64,000 nucleotides of DNA from Candidatus Cloacimonadales bacterium (lineage in GTDB: Bacteria; Cloacimonadota; Cloacimonadia; Cloacimonadales; JAIOQZ01). Position 1 is the stretch's first letter; each line of letters starts with the position of its first letter. The stretch is taken from the NCBI GenBank assembly GCA_963665815.1, contig OY762463.1, positions 3,520,001-3,584,000 of the forward strand, in the 5' to 3' direction. The translations under genes and the position numbers were made by a program. Below the pieces are notes generated by a model. That model saw only the letters and a list, made by a program, of their open reading frames with translations. It was not told the origin of the DNA and did no database searches. Positions 8,174 to 18,634 of this stretch are shown piece by piece.

Positions 8174-9895
8174 TCAATCTTGTTTCTGAACGACAAAAAA
8201 AAGTCTGGAGTATGTTTTGTCCAGTTGCCCCGGATTATTATTAATCAGGTTTCTTGCAGTAGTCATTGAATGTATTCCATGCAGTTGAAGACCTGATTCT
8301 CCCAGCAATCGCATAATAGTTTCTACCGGGAATATAGTCTGCTGATGTAATTCTTCGTGTAACTCGTATCCATAAAACTCACGTCGGAATATTCTCAAAT
8401 GATTTTCCTGAACGTTTTCATCTCTGAAATAATCGCTCATGTGTACAAACAGATCATCTCCGTGCTGTTCTACATTCACAAATCCATCGAAATGCTCAGT
8501 ACAATTGAATACAGTAGAAATATCAAATATGAATAAGCCGTTGTCCTCCAAGGATTCATATACATTGAAGAAGAGCTTAAGAACTTCAAACTCACTCTCA
8601 AGGTAGTTTATACTGTCGAAGAGCAAAAGAATCAGATCATAATCGGTACGGGGGAGTGGTGCTGTCATGTCCTGAAGGAACAGTTCCGGATGGTTTCTCT
8701 TTTTTCTTGCAATCCGCAGCATTCCCGCAGAATTATCAGAAGCATGACACTCGATTCCTTTATTAACAAGTAAGGATGCTACATTACATGTACCGCATGC
8801 CAACTCGTGAACCAGCTTTGGACTTCTCTTCAAAATCTTATTAAATTTCCCGAGAACAAATTTTACCCATTTATCATAGTCAACATGTTCCATATATTTA
8901 TCATAGATATCAGAAAAAGTCTGATAGGAGGAAGGATGTACTTCAGTTTGATATCCGGTAAGCATTTCAGCTTTGTTCAAGGCAGAGATCAAACTCATTT
9001 CTGAGGCTGTTCCTTTACCTGCTATATCAAAAGCAGTTCCATGATCTACTGATGTTCTCACATAGGGAAGACCAAGTGTAACATTAACACCGGAGTTTTT
9101 ATGCAGCATTTTGAAAGGGATTAATCCCTGATCGTGATAGGGAGAGATTACAACATCATAATCATCTGCATGATATGCAAAGAATGTATCTGCCGGGAAT
9201 GGTCCATCAATAGCAATACCTTTCTTTTTAAAATCCTGGATAATAATTTTCATTTCTGAATCTATTGTGCCGAAAGCACCATTTTCTCCAGCATGCGGAT
9301 TTACTGCCAGAAGGGCATATCTCATTCCTGCATAAACAGAATTTATAATGTTACAGGCTGTTGTGATTTTAGTCTTTATTTTTCCAGAAGTAAGCTGCTC
9401 ATATAGTTTTGTGATTTCCACATGAGTAGTCAACAAGGTCAGAATGAACTTGTCTCCCCAGAAACTCATCACAGGATCTTCTACATTGGAATGTTGGGCA
9501 AGATATTCTGTATGACCGATGAAGTCAGGATTGCTTTTTTGTATTTCATGTTTTGATACAGGGCAGGTCACAATTGCCTGGACTTTACCTGAATCTATAT
9601 CTACCAGGATTTTATCCAGAATTCTTAAAGAATATGCACCACTTTGCTCGGATGGTTCTCCCGGTTCAAACTTAGTTTCGGAAATAATGTTAAGCAGATA
9701 AACATCTGCGGGATCAACTGCTTCATCAATGCTGGCAATGATTTTGAATCTGTGGTTGTATTTTTCAAAAACCTGTGCTGAACCGTATACTACATAGATT
9801 GTGTTGCGTGCATGTTTATAGAATTCTAAAGCTTTGGCAGTAATTTCCGGACCTATACCACATGGATCACCTGTACTGATAGCTATTCTCTTCAT
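8174..9895 (-). CDS. pdxA: 4-hydroxythreonine-4-phosphate dehydrogenase fused to a C-terminal class I SAM methyltransferase
   Basis: GDPCGIGPE, GHTEYL, NPHAGE, YHDQGLIP, RTSVDHGTAFDIAG; then YD..MEHVDY..W, ELACGT, DSINYL. Confidence 0.9.
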   Translation of the reverse strand: MKRIAISTGDPCGIGPEITAKALEFYKHARNTIYVVYGSAQVFEKYNHRFKIIASIDEAVDPADVYLLNIISETKFEPGEPSEQSGAYSLRILDKILVDIDSGKVQAIVTCPVSKHEIQKSNPDFIGHTEYLAQHSNVEDPVMSFWGDKFILTLLTTHVEITKLYEQLTSGKIKTKITTACNIINSVYAGMRYALLAVNPHAGENGAFGTIDSEMKIIIQDFKKKGIAIDGPFPADTFFAYHADDYDVVISPYHDQGLIPFKMLHKNSGVNVTLGLPYVRTSVDHGTAFDIAGKGTASEMSLISALNKAEMLTGYQTEVHPSSYQTFSDIYDKYMEHVDYDKWVKFVLGKFNKILKRSPKLVHELACGTCNVASLLVNKGIECHASDNSAGMLRIARKKRNHPELFLQDMTAPLPRTDYDLILLLFDSINYLESEFEVLKLFFNVYESLEDNGLFIFDISTVFNCTEHFDGFVNVEQHGDDLFVHMSDYFRDENVQENHLRIFRREFYGYELHEELHQQTIFPVETIMRLLGESGLQLHGIHSMTTARNLINNNPGQLDKTYSRLFFVVQKQD

Positions 9896-9954
9896 CGAAA
9901 AGCTCCTGATTATTAATAAGAATCAAACAAAATACAGGTATATAAATTGTAAAT

Positions 9955-9988
9955 AAAAAAGAAAAGGGCTATCATTTAAAGATAGCCC
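9955..9988 (-). terminator. Terminator after pyrE
   Basis: GGGCTATC / GATAGCCC stem, U-rich tail on the minus strand. Confidence 0.75.
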
Positions 9989-10011
9989 ATATACAATATG
10001 ATATTGTTGAA

Positions 10012-10584
10012 TTACTTCTTATCGCTTGATCCCGGAGTTGTGATAGGATCTCCTGCTTTGCATTGAGGACATTCTTCCGGTAAGTAAGACTGGATATCTA
10101 CAGTATGCAGGGCATAGGTAGGATGTCCGAAATCTGTTTTACCGCCGGATCTGTCTACAATCAGCCCTATAGCAGTTACATTTATTTCTCTTTTCTTGAG
10201 TGCTTCGAGTACTTCAAAAACAGATCCACCTGTTGTAACGATGTCTTCAATGATTATTGCTTTATCACCGGCACTGATTGGGAAACCGTTTCGGATAGTC
10301 ATTTCACCGTCTTTACGCTGTGTAAAAACAAACTTTTTACCAAGTTTCTTTGCTACTTCATAAGCGAGTACAATTCCACCCATTGCAGGACCAACAATTA
10401 TGTCCGCTTCAATATCTTTCAGTTTATCGGCAAGAAGTTCACATAATTGTGATACTTTTTCCGGATCATGTATCAATTTGATTTTCTCAATGTAAGTATC
10501 GGAATGTCTTCCTGAAGTAAGTTTAAAGTGACCTTTAAGTAATGCTTTTGCTTCTATCAGCAATTTTTCAACAGTGCTCATCAA
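10012..10584 (-). CDS. pyrE: Orotate phosphoribosyltransferase
   Basis: GHFKLTSGRHS, PRPP motif IIEDIVTTGGS. Confidence 0.96.
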   Translation of the reverse strand: MMSTVEKLLIEAKALLKGHFKLTSGRHSDTYIEKIKLIHDPEKVSQLCELLADKLKDIEADIIVGPAMGGIVLAYEVAKKLGKKFVFTQRKDGEMTIRNGFPISAGDKAIIIEDIVTTGGSVFEVLEALKKREINVTAIGLIVDRSGGKTDFGHPTYALHTVDIQSYLPEECPQCKAGDPITTPGSSDKK

Positions 10585-10591
10585 TCCTCCG

Positions 10592-11665
10592 TTAGATTTT
10601 TTCTTCCAGAATTATTGGTTTTTTCATGTTTTGTTCTTCCAGAACTGACATTTCTGCCAACGCTTCATTCAGTATTCTTACTTTTTCATTGTAAGGATAG
10701 AATGATGATTTGAAGCCGTTAATTATTAGCAACTTGAGTTCCGGATAACTAATTCCGAGTTCATTGATTGCAAGCATGTATTCATCTGTCAAGGTTGTAT
10801 CTGAAATTAATCTGTTATCTGTGTTAAGAGTCACTCTTAAACCATACTCAAGATAGAATGAAAGTGGGTGCTCTTTGATTGATGGTACGGCTTTTGTGTG
10901 CATATTGCTTTTTACGCAGATTTCCAGCGGGATTCTATGGTCATTCACAAAGTTAAGCAGATCGCCGTCTTCTTTCAGTCTGGTACCATGACCGATTCTA
11001 TGGGTTCCACAATATTGCAGAGCCTGATGAATACTGGCAGGACCATAAGCTTCTCCGGCATGTATTGTTACATTCAGGTTATTCTTAAGAGCCAGATCGA
11101 ATGCTTCTTTATGGTCAAGAGCAGGATTATCATATTCAGCTCCGGCAAGATCGAATCCCAGTACACCATTATGCTTGTAGGCAACAGCCAGTTCAGCAAG
11201 TTTAATCGATATCTTCGGATCCATATTTCTGATACCACAGATAATAACACCGGTTTTGATATTGTATTTTCTCTCAGCTTTTCTCAGTCCTCTGATTACA
11301 GCGTCGGAAATCTGAGTAAGTTTAAGACCTTTATCTGTGTGCAGGATTGGAGAATATCTTACTTCCATATATCTGATATTTTCTGCGGCGGCATCTTCAG
11401 CAAGTTCAAAAGCAGTTCTTTCGAGGGCCGCTTCTGTCTGAAGCACGGAAAGCGTAACACCGAAACCTCTCAGGTATTCGTTAAGGCTTTTACATTCTTT
11501 ATCACAGCAGACAATTTTCTTTAAGCTTTTTTCATCGTTAGCAGGGAGTTTGACTTTCTGCTCTTTTGCCAGTTCAAAAATCGTCGGAATTCTCAGAGAG
11601 CCGTCAAGGTGTACATGAAGATCTACTTTAGGCAGCTTGTGAATGAATTCTCTTGTCAATTTCAT
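10592..11665 (-). CDS. add: Adenosine deaminase
   Basis: LPKVDLHVHLDGS, TIHAGE, RIGHG, LNTDN. Confidence 0.95.
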   Translation of the reverse strand: MKLTREFIHKLPKVDLHVHLDGSLRIPTIFELAKEQKVKLPANDEKSLKKIVCCDKECKSLNEYLRGFGVTLSVLQTEAALERTAFELAEDAAAENIRYMEVRYSPILHTDKGLKLTQISDAVIRGLRKAERKYNIKTGVIICGIRNMDPKISIKLAELAVAYKHNGVLGFDLAGAEYDNPALDHKEAFDLALKNNLNVTIHAGEAYGPASIHQALQYCGTHRIGHGTRLKEDGDLLNFVNDHRIPLEICVKSNMHTKAVPSIKEHPLSFYLEYGLRVTLNTDNRLISDTTLTDEYMLAINELGISYPELKLLIINGFKSSFYPYNEKVRILNEALAEMSVLEEQNMKKPIILEEKI

Positions 11666-11894
11666 ATATTCCTCCTTAAATATTTTATATTTTAATGTTG
11701 TATTTCAGGTTGTCAGAACTGAAGTTCTGTAACTCATAATAAGATAACTATTACGCTGAGAATGCAAAATATTTAGTTCATACTGCAAAGTCAGCTTAAC
11801 ATGCAATTTTACTATTTTGTTCAGAAGCTTGTCAATAAATATGTTGAAATTCAGTTGAGGGGTATTCTTGTAAATCACAGTTCATGCATTTATT

Positions 11895-11919
11895 GAGACA
11901 ACCGTCCGATTGCCTCTAC
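11895..11919 (-). repeat. Single REP-like palindrome
   Basis: Minus strand GTAG-AGGCAATCG-GA-CGGTTGTCTC, an imperfect hairpin preceded by GTAG. Confidence 0.3.
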
Positions 11920-12118
11920 GCGAGTGGTAGAATTTCTCAAGTTTGTACCTACACTTAGCAAGTCGTTTATGGAACACTGTCAAACTTTATGCACACCCAA
12001 ACAGTACAAGTTCCTCCTTGTGGGAGGAAAGATATCCGAAAGAAAATAAAGGAGGTTAATTACATAGTATAAACCGAAGACATGGTTGGATGGAGTGTGT
12101 ACAACGCTATATCAAAAT

Positions 12119-12865
12119 TTACTCAACCCTCGTAATCGTTCCCGAGTAAAACGGCTGGATCATTCTGTTCTGTAACTCAAGCAGGATAGCACCATCGGAA
12201 TTTATTCCTTTAACTATACCTGAGAAATCCTGAAACTCAGTAGAGATTGTTATCTGCTTCCCTGTGAGATAGGCATTATTGTTGAAGTTCTCAATATATT
12301 TCTTGAAGCCAGATTCAATGAAATGTGGAAACTCCTGATATAGTTTGTCAAAGAAAATCCTGAGTAATTCGCTGTGATCAGTTGTTTTACCTGTAATGCT
12401 CAAAAGTGAATCTGGATTATTTCCATCTATTTCCGGGAAATCGGAGACATTAGTATTCAAACCAATTCCTATAAGATAGTACTTGTGATAAGTAAGTTGA
12501 GTAACCAGAATTCCTGCAATTTTTCTATCATTATAGTAAATATCATTAGGCCATTTCAATTTGAGAAAAGGGGCAAGTCCAGGATAATATTCCGCAATGG
12601 AATCACGCATCAGGCAACCCATAAACAGAGTTAGGTTAGAGTTAAGCGAAACGTTGCTGAGGCAGAGTGTAAACCAAAGTCCACCTTCGGGGGAAAACCA
12701 GGAGTTACCGGTTCTGCCTTTTCCTGATGTCTGTTTTTCAGCGACAATAAGTGTATTACCTGAGATTTCTTTTTTCTTAATCAGATCGGTTGCTTTCTGC
12801 ATAGTGCTGTTAACACGGACAAAGCTCAGTACGTCATCCAGAAAAGGGTGTTCAAAGTTCTTCAT
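12119..12865 (-). CDS. birA: Biotin-protein ligase (no N-terminal HTH)
   Basis: QTSGKGR, W.SP.GG, LKWPNDI, KIAGIL, GIGLN. Confidence 0.95.
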   Translation of the reverse strand: MKNFEHPFLDDVLSFVRVNSTMQKATDLIKKKEISGNTLIVAEKQTSGKGRTGNSWFSPEGGLWFTLCLSNVSLNSNLTLFMGCLMRDSIAEYYPGLAPFLKLKWPNDIYYNDRKIAGILVTQLTYHKYYLIGIGLNTNVSDFPEIDGNNPDSLLSITGKTTDHSELLRIFFDKLYQEFPHFIESGFKKYIENFNNNAYLTGKQITISTEFQDFSGIVKGINSDGAILLELQNRMIQPFYSGTITRVE

Positions 12866-12872
12866 GGGAGTC

Positions 12873-13907
12873 CTAAATAATTATCATAGAGTCACCATAG
12901 CTGAAAAAACGATATTTCTCTGCTACAGCTTCATTGTATGCTTTCATAGTGCTTTCATATCCGCCAAAGGCAGAGACAAGCATCAGTAAAGTTGATTCCG
13001 GCATGTGGAAGTTAGTAATAAGACCATCAATAATCTGGAAGCTTTTACCGGGGTAAATAAACAGGTTGGTCCATTTCTCACCGTGAGTGAGTTGTCCGGA
13101 TTCTGCAAAGCTTTCCAGTGTTCTACAGGTTGTTGTACCCACCGCAATGATTCTGCGTCCTTCTTTTTTTGCCAGATTAATCTTATCTGCTGTTTCCTGG
13201 CTGATTGTGCAGAATTCTGAATGCATTGAGTGATTCTGAATGTTATCATTCTTTACAGGTCGGAATGTTCCGAGTCCAACATGAAGAAGAACATCAATTA
13301 TTTCAATTCCCATGTCCTGAATTGATGCCAGGATTTCATCCGTAAAATGCAAGCCGGCTGTTGGGGCTGCAACAGATCCCGGAATTCTCGAATATACAGT
13401 CTGATAAGTCTCTTTATCTTTTTGTTCAGCTGCTCTTCTGATGTATGGAGGAAGAGGGGTTTTACCAATTTTATCAATTTCATTAAACAAGTCCGTGGCA
13501 GGCTTGAAACAAATTTTTCTCATTCCCTCATCAGCCATGTCAATGATTTCAGCTTTCAAGGAATCAGAGAATACTACCTGCGCACCGGGCATTAATCTTC
13601 TTCCTGGTTTCACAAGACAATTCCAGATGTTAGTCTCGATCTCATCAACAAGGAATATCTCAACATCTGCACCGGTTGTCTTCTTACCGAACAGCCTTGC
13701 CGGTATTACTTTTGTGTGGTTCCTTACAAGAATATCTCCCGGTTTGAAGAATGATGTAATATCTGAAAAATTCTTATGTGTAACTGTACCGTCATTCTTA
13801 TCAAGATGAAGAAGTCTGGAACCTGATCTGTTTTCAACGGGATATTGAGCGATTTGTTCTACAGGTAAGTTATAAAAATAACTGCTTCTAAGTAAGAGCT
13901 TATTCAT
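12873..13907 (-). CDS. queA: S-adenosylmethionine:tRNA ribosyltransferase-isomerase
   Basis: IAQYP, PLPPYI, AAPTAGLHF, TNFHMP, YRFFSYGD. Confidence 0.98.
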   Translation of the reverse strand: MNKLLLRSSYFYNLPVEQIAQYPVENRSGSRLLHLDKNDGTVTHKNFSDITSFFKPGDILVRNHTKVIPARLFGKKTTGADVEIFLVDEIETNIWNCLVKPGRRLMPGAQVVFSDSLKAEIIDMADEGMRKICFKPATDLFNEIDKIGKTPLPPYIRRAAEQKDKETYQTVYSRIPGSVAAPTAGLHFTDEILASIQDMGIEIIDVLLHVGLGTFRPVKNDNIQNHSMHSEFCTISQETADKINLAKKEGRRIIAVGTTTCRTLESFAESGQLTHGEKWTNLFIYPGKSFQIIDGLITNFHMPESTLLMLVSAFGGYESTMKAYNEAVAEKYRFFSYGDSMIII

Positions 13908-14676
13908 TTATGTCCTTTCTGTTTTTCTCAATTTTCTCAAGTATTGCATAGAAACTGCCGAAAGCGAACTTTGATCTGAGTTTAACAGGGATTTTCTTTT
14001 CATCGTTTGTTATCCATATGAATATTTTTCCAGTCTGCTTGAAGATTGCTTCACCTTTCAGTATAGGTTCGATCAAAAAACATTCTTTTTCACCAAGCGG
14101 AGTGTCTATTGTCTCAATCTTGTGAACTTTAACTTCCGCGTTATAGTTGACACCATCTGCTGTAACATTCACAAATTCGCTTTTACCAACTTCAAGATCT
14201 CTTTGTCTGATCCAGTAGAAAGCACTGAGGATATCCTGAGTATCTCCGGCAATGTCCATGCGGCTTTCTTTCATTTTTCTTTTTTTGAAATCGTACTTCT
14301 TATAGAATGTAAATCCCTGTTCCGGATAGTATGAATGAATTCTCAGTTGTCTGTAAGAGCCTTCATGCAGTCTTTTGGTAAACTGACGAGATGAAAGTTT
14401 TTTCTTGTCCCAGATAGAAGTAATATTGTCTCGCACTTTATAAACTTTGTCAAAAAAAGAATTGGTTTTAGCAAGAGATGTTATTCTGTATACTGCAGTT
14501 GAATCTCCATAGACTTCTTCTTGTATCTGTAATGCTGCTTCTCCAGCGGAAACAACTCCGAATTTCACTTTAAAAGTGAGTTTTTCACCCTGAGAGAAAT
14601 ATTCATGTATGTTTTCATCTGCCAAGATAATTGTTGATGTCAGGCATATTAATACGCACAATACAAAGTTTTTCAT
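13900..14676 (-). CDS. DUF3108-like exported protein
   Basis: Signal peptide; GEKLTF.V.FG..AG, DILSAFY..R, IWIT.D..KIPV. Confidence 0.75.
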   Translation of the reverse strand: MKNFVLCVLICLTSTIILADENIHEYFSQGEKLTFKVKFGVVSAGEAALQIQEEVYGDSTAVYRITSLAKTNSFFDKVYKVRDNITSIWDKKKLSSRQFTKRLHEGSYRQLRIHSYYPEQGFTFYKKYDFKKRKMKESRMDIAGDTQDILSAFYWIRQRDLEVGKSEFVNVTADGVNYNAEVKVHKIETIDTPLGEKECFLIEPILKGEAIFKQTGKIFIWITNDEKKIPVKLRSKFAFGSFYAILEKIEKNRKDINE

Positions 14677-15407
14677 CAGTGTTTCCCTCCGGTCAGGAAG
14701 AATTCTTCTCCGGTAATATATGAATTTTGATCAGAGATCAGGTAGCTGCACAAACCGAAAAGATCTTCCGGCCTGGCAAGTCTCTGAACAGGTATGTTTT
14801 CAAGCTGTTTCTTATAATATTCTTTTCTGAATTCTCTGTATTCCTGACTGAAATGTGAATCGTCTATCTCAACCGGTCCGGGAGATACAACGTTGATAAG
14901 TATATTTTTTTCTTCTTGAGCAACTGATTTTGCAATAGAACTGATAACCGCTTTTGAAGCCGCATAGGATGATCCGTTTTTTAAACCTGATCTACTGACA
15001 TTAGATCCGAACAGAACAACTCGCCCCGGTTTATTTTCTCTCAAAACCGGCAGCATTATTTTCAGTATGTTGAACGTGCAGAGAGAATTTGTCATTAGTA
15101 CATTTTCCCATCTTTCAACACTTGAGTCAGCCAGAGATTTAAAATCATCTGATCTAAGTGAAGCTGTATGAATAAGGCAGTCCGGTCTATGCTCTTTAAG
15201 TACCGGAACCAGAACATCTTCAGCCTGAGCAAGATTGGTTAAATCAGCTTTGACTATAATTACAGAGCTGTTGTTTTTCAACGTATCAATCCTGAAAGAT
15301 GATTTGTTATACAGAAGGACTAACTTATGATCATGATGCAAAAATCTTCTTGCCAGATCAAAACCAATGTTTCCATTACTGCCTGTAATCAGTATAGTTT
15401 TACCCAT
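14676..15407 (-). CDS. Short-chain dehydrogenase/reductase
   Basis: TGSNGNIG, YAASK catalytic motif, NVVSPG. Confidence 0.92.
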   Translation of the reverse strand: MGKTILITGSNGNIGFDLARRFLHHDHKLVLLYNKSSFRIDTLKNNSSVIIVKADLTNLAQAEDVLVPVLKEHRPDCLIHTASLRSDDFKSLADSSVERWENVLMTNSLCTFNILKIMLPVLRENKPGRVVLFGSNVSRSGLKNGSSYAASKAVISSIAKSVAQEEKNILINVVSPGPVEIDDSHFSQEYREFRKEYYKKQLENIPVQRLARPEDLFGLCSYLISDQNSYITGEEFFLTGGKH

Positions 15408-15408
15408 T

Positions 15409-16575
15409 TTATTTCCTGTTAATCATTTCAATTATGTTATCAAGTATTGCGTTAGCAACCTGATCTTTTGAGCCTACTGCTTTGTTTTCATTTTCTTCAG
15501 TAACAATAACAATTTCCGTATTGTCTGAACCAGATACCGAAATTTTATTTGCTACAATCATATCAAGATTTTTACTCAATAATTTCTTGCGAGCATTTTT
15601 CGTTATGTTCTCAGATTCTGCTGCGAAACCAACGAGAAATCTGTTACCCTTGTGCTCTCCGAGATACTTCAGAATATCCTTGGTTCTAACAAGATTTAGT
15701 GTCATATCTCCTGTCTTTTTTATCTTTTCTTCTGAATAACGCTCAAATGTATAATCTGTTACAGCTGCGCTTTTGATAGCAATGTCATAGTCTATATTTT
15801 TCACCGCTTCAAACATCTCGCTTGCAGTTTCTGCTTTTCGAGAGTATACATATTCCGGAATGTTTTCACTAACATCAGCATGGATGAGTGTAACTTCAGC
15901 ACCACGAGCATATAATGCTCTGGCAAGTGCCAGTCCCATTTTCCCTGATGAATGATTTGTAAGGAATCTCATAGGGTCAATATGTTCTCTGCATGCTCCG
16001 GCTGTCACGAGGACTTTCTTTCCTGCAAAATCGTGATTTGTTGTATGAAGCTTGTTAATAATGAATTTAAGCATTTCTTCTGTTTTTGGAAGTCTGCCTT
16101 TTCCTTTATATCCGCAGGCAAGAGTACCTGATTCGGGAGGAAGAATATGGAAGCCGTATGCCTTCAGCGTATCTATATTAGATTGAACGGCTATATTTTC
16201 ATACATATGAACATTCATTGCCGGAAATACTATTTTGGGTGTGGTAACGGCCAGCAGAGTAGAAGTGAGCAAGTCGTCAGCAATGCCATGAGCGGCTTTT
16301 GCCAGAAAGTTTGCAGTTGCAGGGGCTATTACCATTATATCGCACCAGTCGGCAAGATCTATGTGCTTAATGGGATCAGTATGGTCAAATCCATCAATAT
16401 GAACATTATTATGTATAATTGAACTGAATGTTAAGGGTGAAACGAACTTCGCAGCATTTTCTGTCATAACAACTTTCACATCAAAGTTCTTCTTCATGAG
16501 TTGACTTGCAAGGTCAACAGTTTTATAAACAGCTATTCCACCGGTTACCGCCAGTAATACTTTAGTTTTTTTCAT
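15409..16575 (-). CDS. coaBC: Phosphopantothenoylcysteine decarboxylase/ligase
   Basis: APATAN, PAMN..M, LACG..G.GR, DPMRFLTNHSSGKMG, VGFAAE. Confidence 0.97.
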   Translation of the reverse strand: MKKTKVLLAVTGGIAVYKTVDLASQLMKKNFDVKVVMTENAAKFVSPLTFSSIIHNNVHIDGFDHTDPIKHIDLADWCDIMVIAPATANFLAKAAHGIADDLLTSTLLAVTTPKIVFPAMNVHMYENIAVQSNIDTLKAYGFHILPPESGTLACGYKGKGRLPKTEEMLKFIINKLHTTNHDFAGKKVLVTAGACREHIDPMRFLTNHSSGKMGLALARALYARGAEVTLIHADVSENIPEYVYSRKAETASEMFEAVKNIDYDIAIKSAAVTDYTFERYSEEKIKKTGDMTLNLVRTKDILKYLGEHKGNRFLVGFAAESENITKNARKKLLSKNLDMIVANKISVSGSDNTEIVIVTEENENKAVGSKDQVANAILDNIIEMINRK

Positions 16576-16824
16576 AAGAATCTTCCTTTATGGAAACAAT
16601 TAAAATCTTAGATACATTGTATTTTGAAGTAATGCAAATTTAAGTCTGAATAATGTCAATATGAAGTTTTTTTTTACACGAAGCGCTGTCAATCTGTTCA
16701 TTGTATAATTCTTTTAATTGCATAGATATATAGACTTAAGTATATTTGTATTTAATCCTTGACAAGGAAACAGAGTTGTTTTTTTTTGCAATGATAGTAG
16801 AAGAATATTGGAAAAAGATTTTTT

Positions 16825-16890
16825 ACTGACTCTGTCGGGTCAGTTTTTTTTACACTATACCACTGTTTCATTTCTGATCCGCAGTGGTAT
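16825..16890 (+). promoter_or_regulatory. rimP leader with a terminator-like hairpin and a second hairpin
   Basis: ACTGACTC-TGTC-GGGTCAGT + T8 (16825-16851); ATACCACTG...CAGTGGTAT (16857-16890); TTGACA at ~16759. Confidence 0.6.
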
Positions 16891-16910
16891 TCTAATTTAC
16901 AGGAAATACG

Positions 16911-17399
16911 ATGAGTTTTCAAAATAAAATTTTAGACAGACTGGAAAATATCGCCGAAGAAATCTGTGATTCTTTAGGATTATCGGTATATGATATTGAA
17001 CATAAAAATACTCAGAAGGGTAAAGTAATAATTGTATACATTACCAGAATAGGTGGTGTTTCAATCTCTGATTGTGAATCAGTAAGCAGGAATATGTCTG
17101 ATGTGCTTGATGCAGAAGACTTTATTCCCGGTACTTTTTTTCTGGAAGTATCTTCAATGGGGCTTGAGCGTACATTGAAATACAAGAAGCATTATAAAAG
17201 TGCTATAAATGAATCAATAAAAGTTACATATAAAGATGAAAATAATAAGACAATAACAGTAAAAGGAATTCTTGCTGAAGTTCTTCCTGACAGTATCAAG
17301 ATGTTAAGCAAGGATGAAGAAATACTGCTAAGCCTGAACAGCATTAAAAAAGCTAAGACAGTATTTGATATTAAAAAAGATATGAAACTCAAGGAGTAA
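16911..17399 (+). CDS. rimP: Ribosome maturation factor
   Basis: [20 protein letters not shown]; directly upstream of nusA. Confidence 0.93.
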   Translation: MSFQNKILDRLENIAEEICDSLGLSVYDIEHKNTQKGKVIIVYITRIGGVSISDCESVSRNMSDVLDAEDFIPGTFFLEVSSMGLERTLKYKKHYKSAINESIKVTYKDENNKTITVKGILAEVLPDSIKMLSKDEEILLSLNSIKKAKTVFDIKKDMKLKE

Positions 17400-17401
17400 C
17401 A

Positions 17402-18634
17402 ATGTCATCGAATTTACTGAGTTCTCTGAATGAACTTGCTAATTTAAAGCAGCTTAATAGAAACGAAATAATTGAAATTGTGAAATCAAGTCTGTATCAG
17501 GCAATATCAAAAAAGTTGATTGAAGATAATGAACTGGAAATTGAAGCTGAATTCGCTACAAATACAATCAAAGCAAGATTTAAGAAGATTGTTGCTGAAT
17601 TTGACAGTTCACTTGGTGAAATAACACTGGAAGAGGCTAAAAAAATCAGGCCTGGTGTTGAGCTTGGTGATAAAATTGAAGTTGCACTTCAAATCCATGA
17701 GTTTGAACCAAAAGTGATTAAAAATGCAAGAAAATCTATTCAGGAGAAAATCAAAGCTCTCGAAGAACAGAGAATTATGTTTGATTATGAAAAGCAGAAG
17801 AAACAGATTGTAAACGGTAAAATAAGAAAGATTGATTTTAACGGTTATACCATTGATATAGGTTATGCTGATGCACTTCTACCTGGTGAAGAGCAGATTG
17901 AAGATGAATTTTACAAAGTTGGCGACATTATCAAATGTTATGTTGTTAACATCAGAAAATCAAAGAATACTGTGAAAGTTATTGTTTCCAGAACTCATCC
18001 TGAATTTGTTAAGAAATTATTTGAAAGTGAAGTTCCGGAAGTGTTCTCCGGTGATATAGAAGTTAAGAAAATAGTTCGTGAACCGGGCTTGAGAACAAAA
18101 GTATGCGTATACTCTCAAGATCCTAATATAGATGCTGCCGGAAGTTGCCTGGGACCAAAAGGAATCAGGATTGAGCAAATCAGAAAAGAGCTTCACGGAG
18201 AACAGATTGATATCGTTGTATGGGACGAGTCTCCTGAACAGTTTATTGCTAATGCAATAGGTTTCGATCTTGTTGATAGAGTTTATCTTGCAAACAGAGG
18301 TAAATTTGCGAGAGTAATTGTATCTGAAAAGAACAAGAACCTTGCAATAGGTAAAAAGGGTAAGAATGTCAAACTTGCTGCAAAACTTACAGAATATAAA
18401 CTTGACATTTACACTGATGAAGAATTTGAAGAAAAGATTTCTGAAGAACGAAGAATTACCAGTCACATTGTTGAACTTGACGGTATGACTTCCAAAGTAG
18501 AAGAAATCTTGAAACAATATGGTTATACATCTGTGCAGGATATTCATCTCGCATCCGTAGAGGAGTTATGTCTTCTTGAAGGTGTTGGTGAAAAAACTGC
18601 AATCAGAATAAAAGAATCTGCGAAGCATTTCTAA
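17402..18634 (+). CDS. nusA: Transcription factor NusA
   Basis: S1 and KH domains (VSRTHP, REPG.RTK, LAIGKKGKNVKLA), C-terminal HhH. Confidence 0.97.
   Translation: MSSNLLSSLNELANLKQLNRNEIIEIVKSSLYQAISKKLIEDNELEIEAEFATNTIKARFKKIVAEFDSSLGEITLEEAKKIRPGVELGDKIEVALQIHEFEPKVIKNARKSIQEKIKALEEQRIMFDYEKQKKQIVNGKIRKIDFNGYTIDIGYADALLPGEEQIEDEFYKVGDIIKCYVVNIRKSKNTVKVIVSRTHPEFVKKLFESEVPEVFSGDIEVKKIVREPGLRTKVCVYSQDPNIDAAGSCLGPKGIRIEQIRKELHGEQIDIVVWDESPEQFIANAIGFDLVDRVYLANRGKFARVIVSEKNKNLAIGKKGKNVKLAAKLTEYKLDIYTDEEFEEKISEERRITSHIVELDGMTSKVEEILKQYGYTSVQDIHLASVEELCLLEGVGEKTAIRIKESAKHF

Noticed and set aside
10898..11524. Long antisense ORFs (also 18017-18547, 37157-37735, 60695-61252)
   Set aside because: Shadows of well-supported genes on the opposite strand, with no motifs
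11666..11840. Purine riboswitch upstream of add
   Set aside because: Conserved aptamer motifs not found; only a sigma-70-like promoter and a small hairpin
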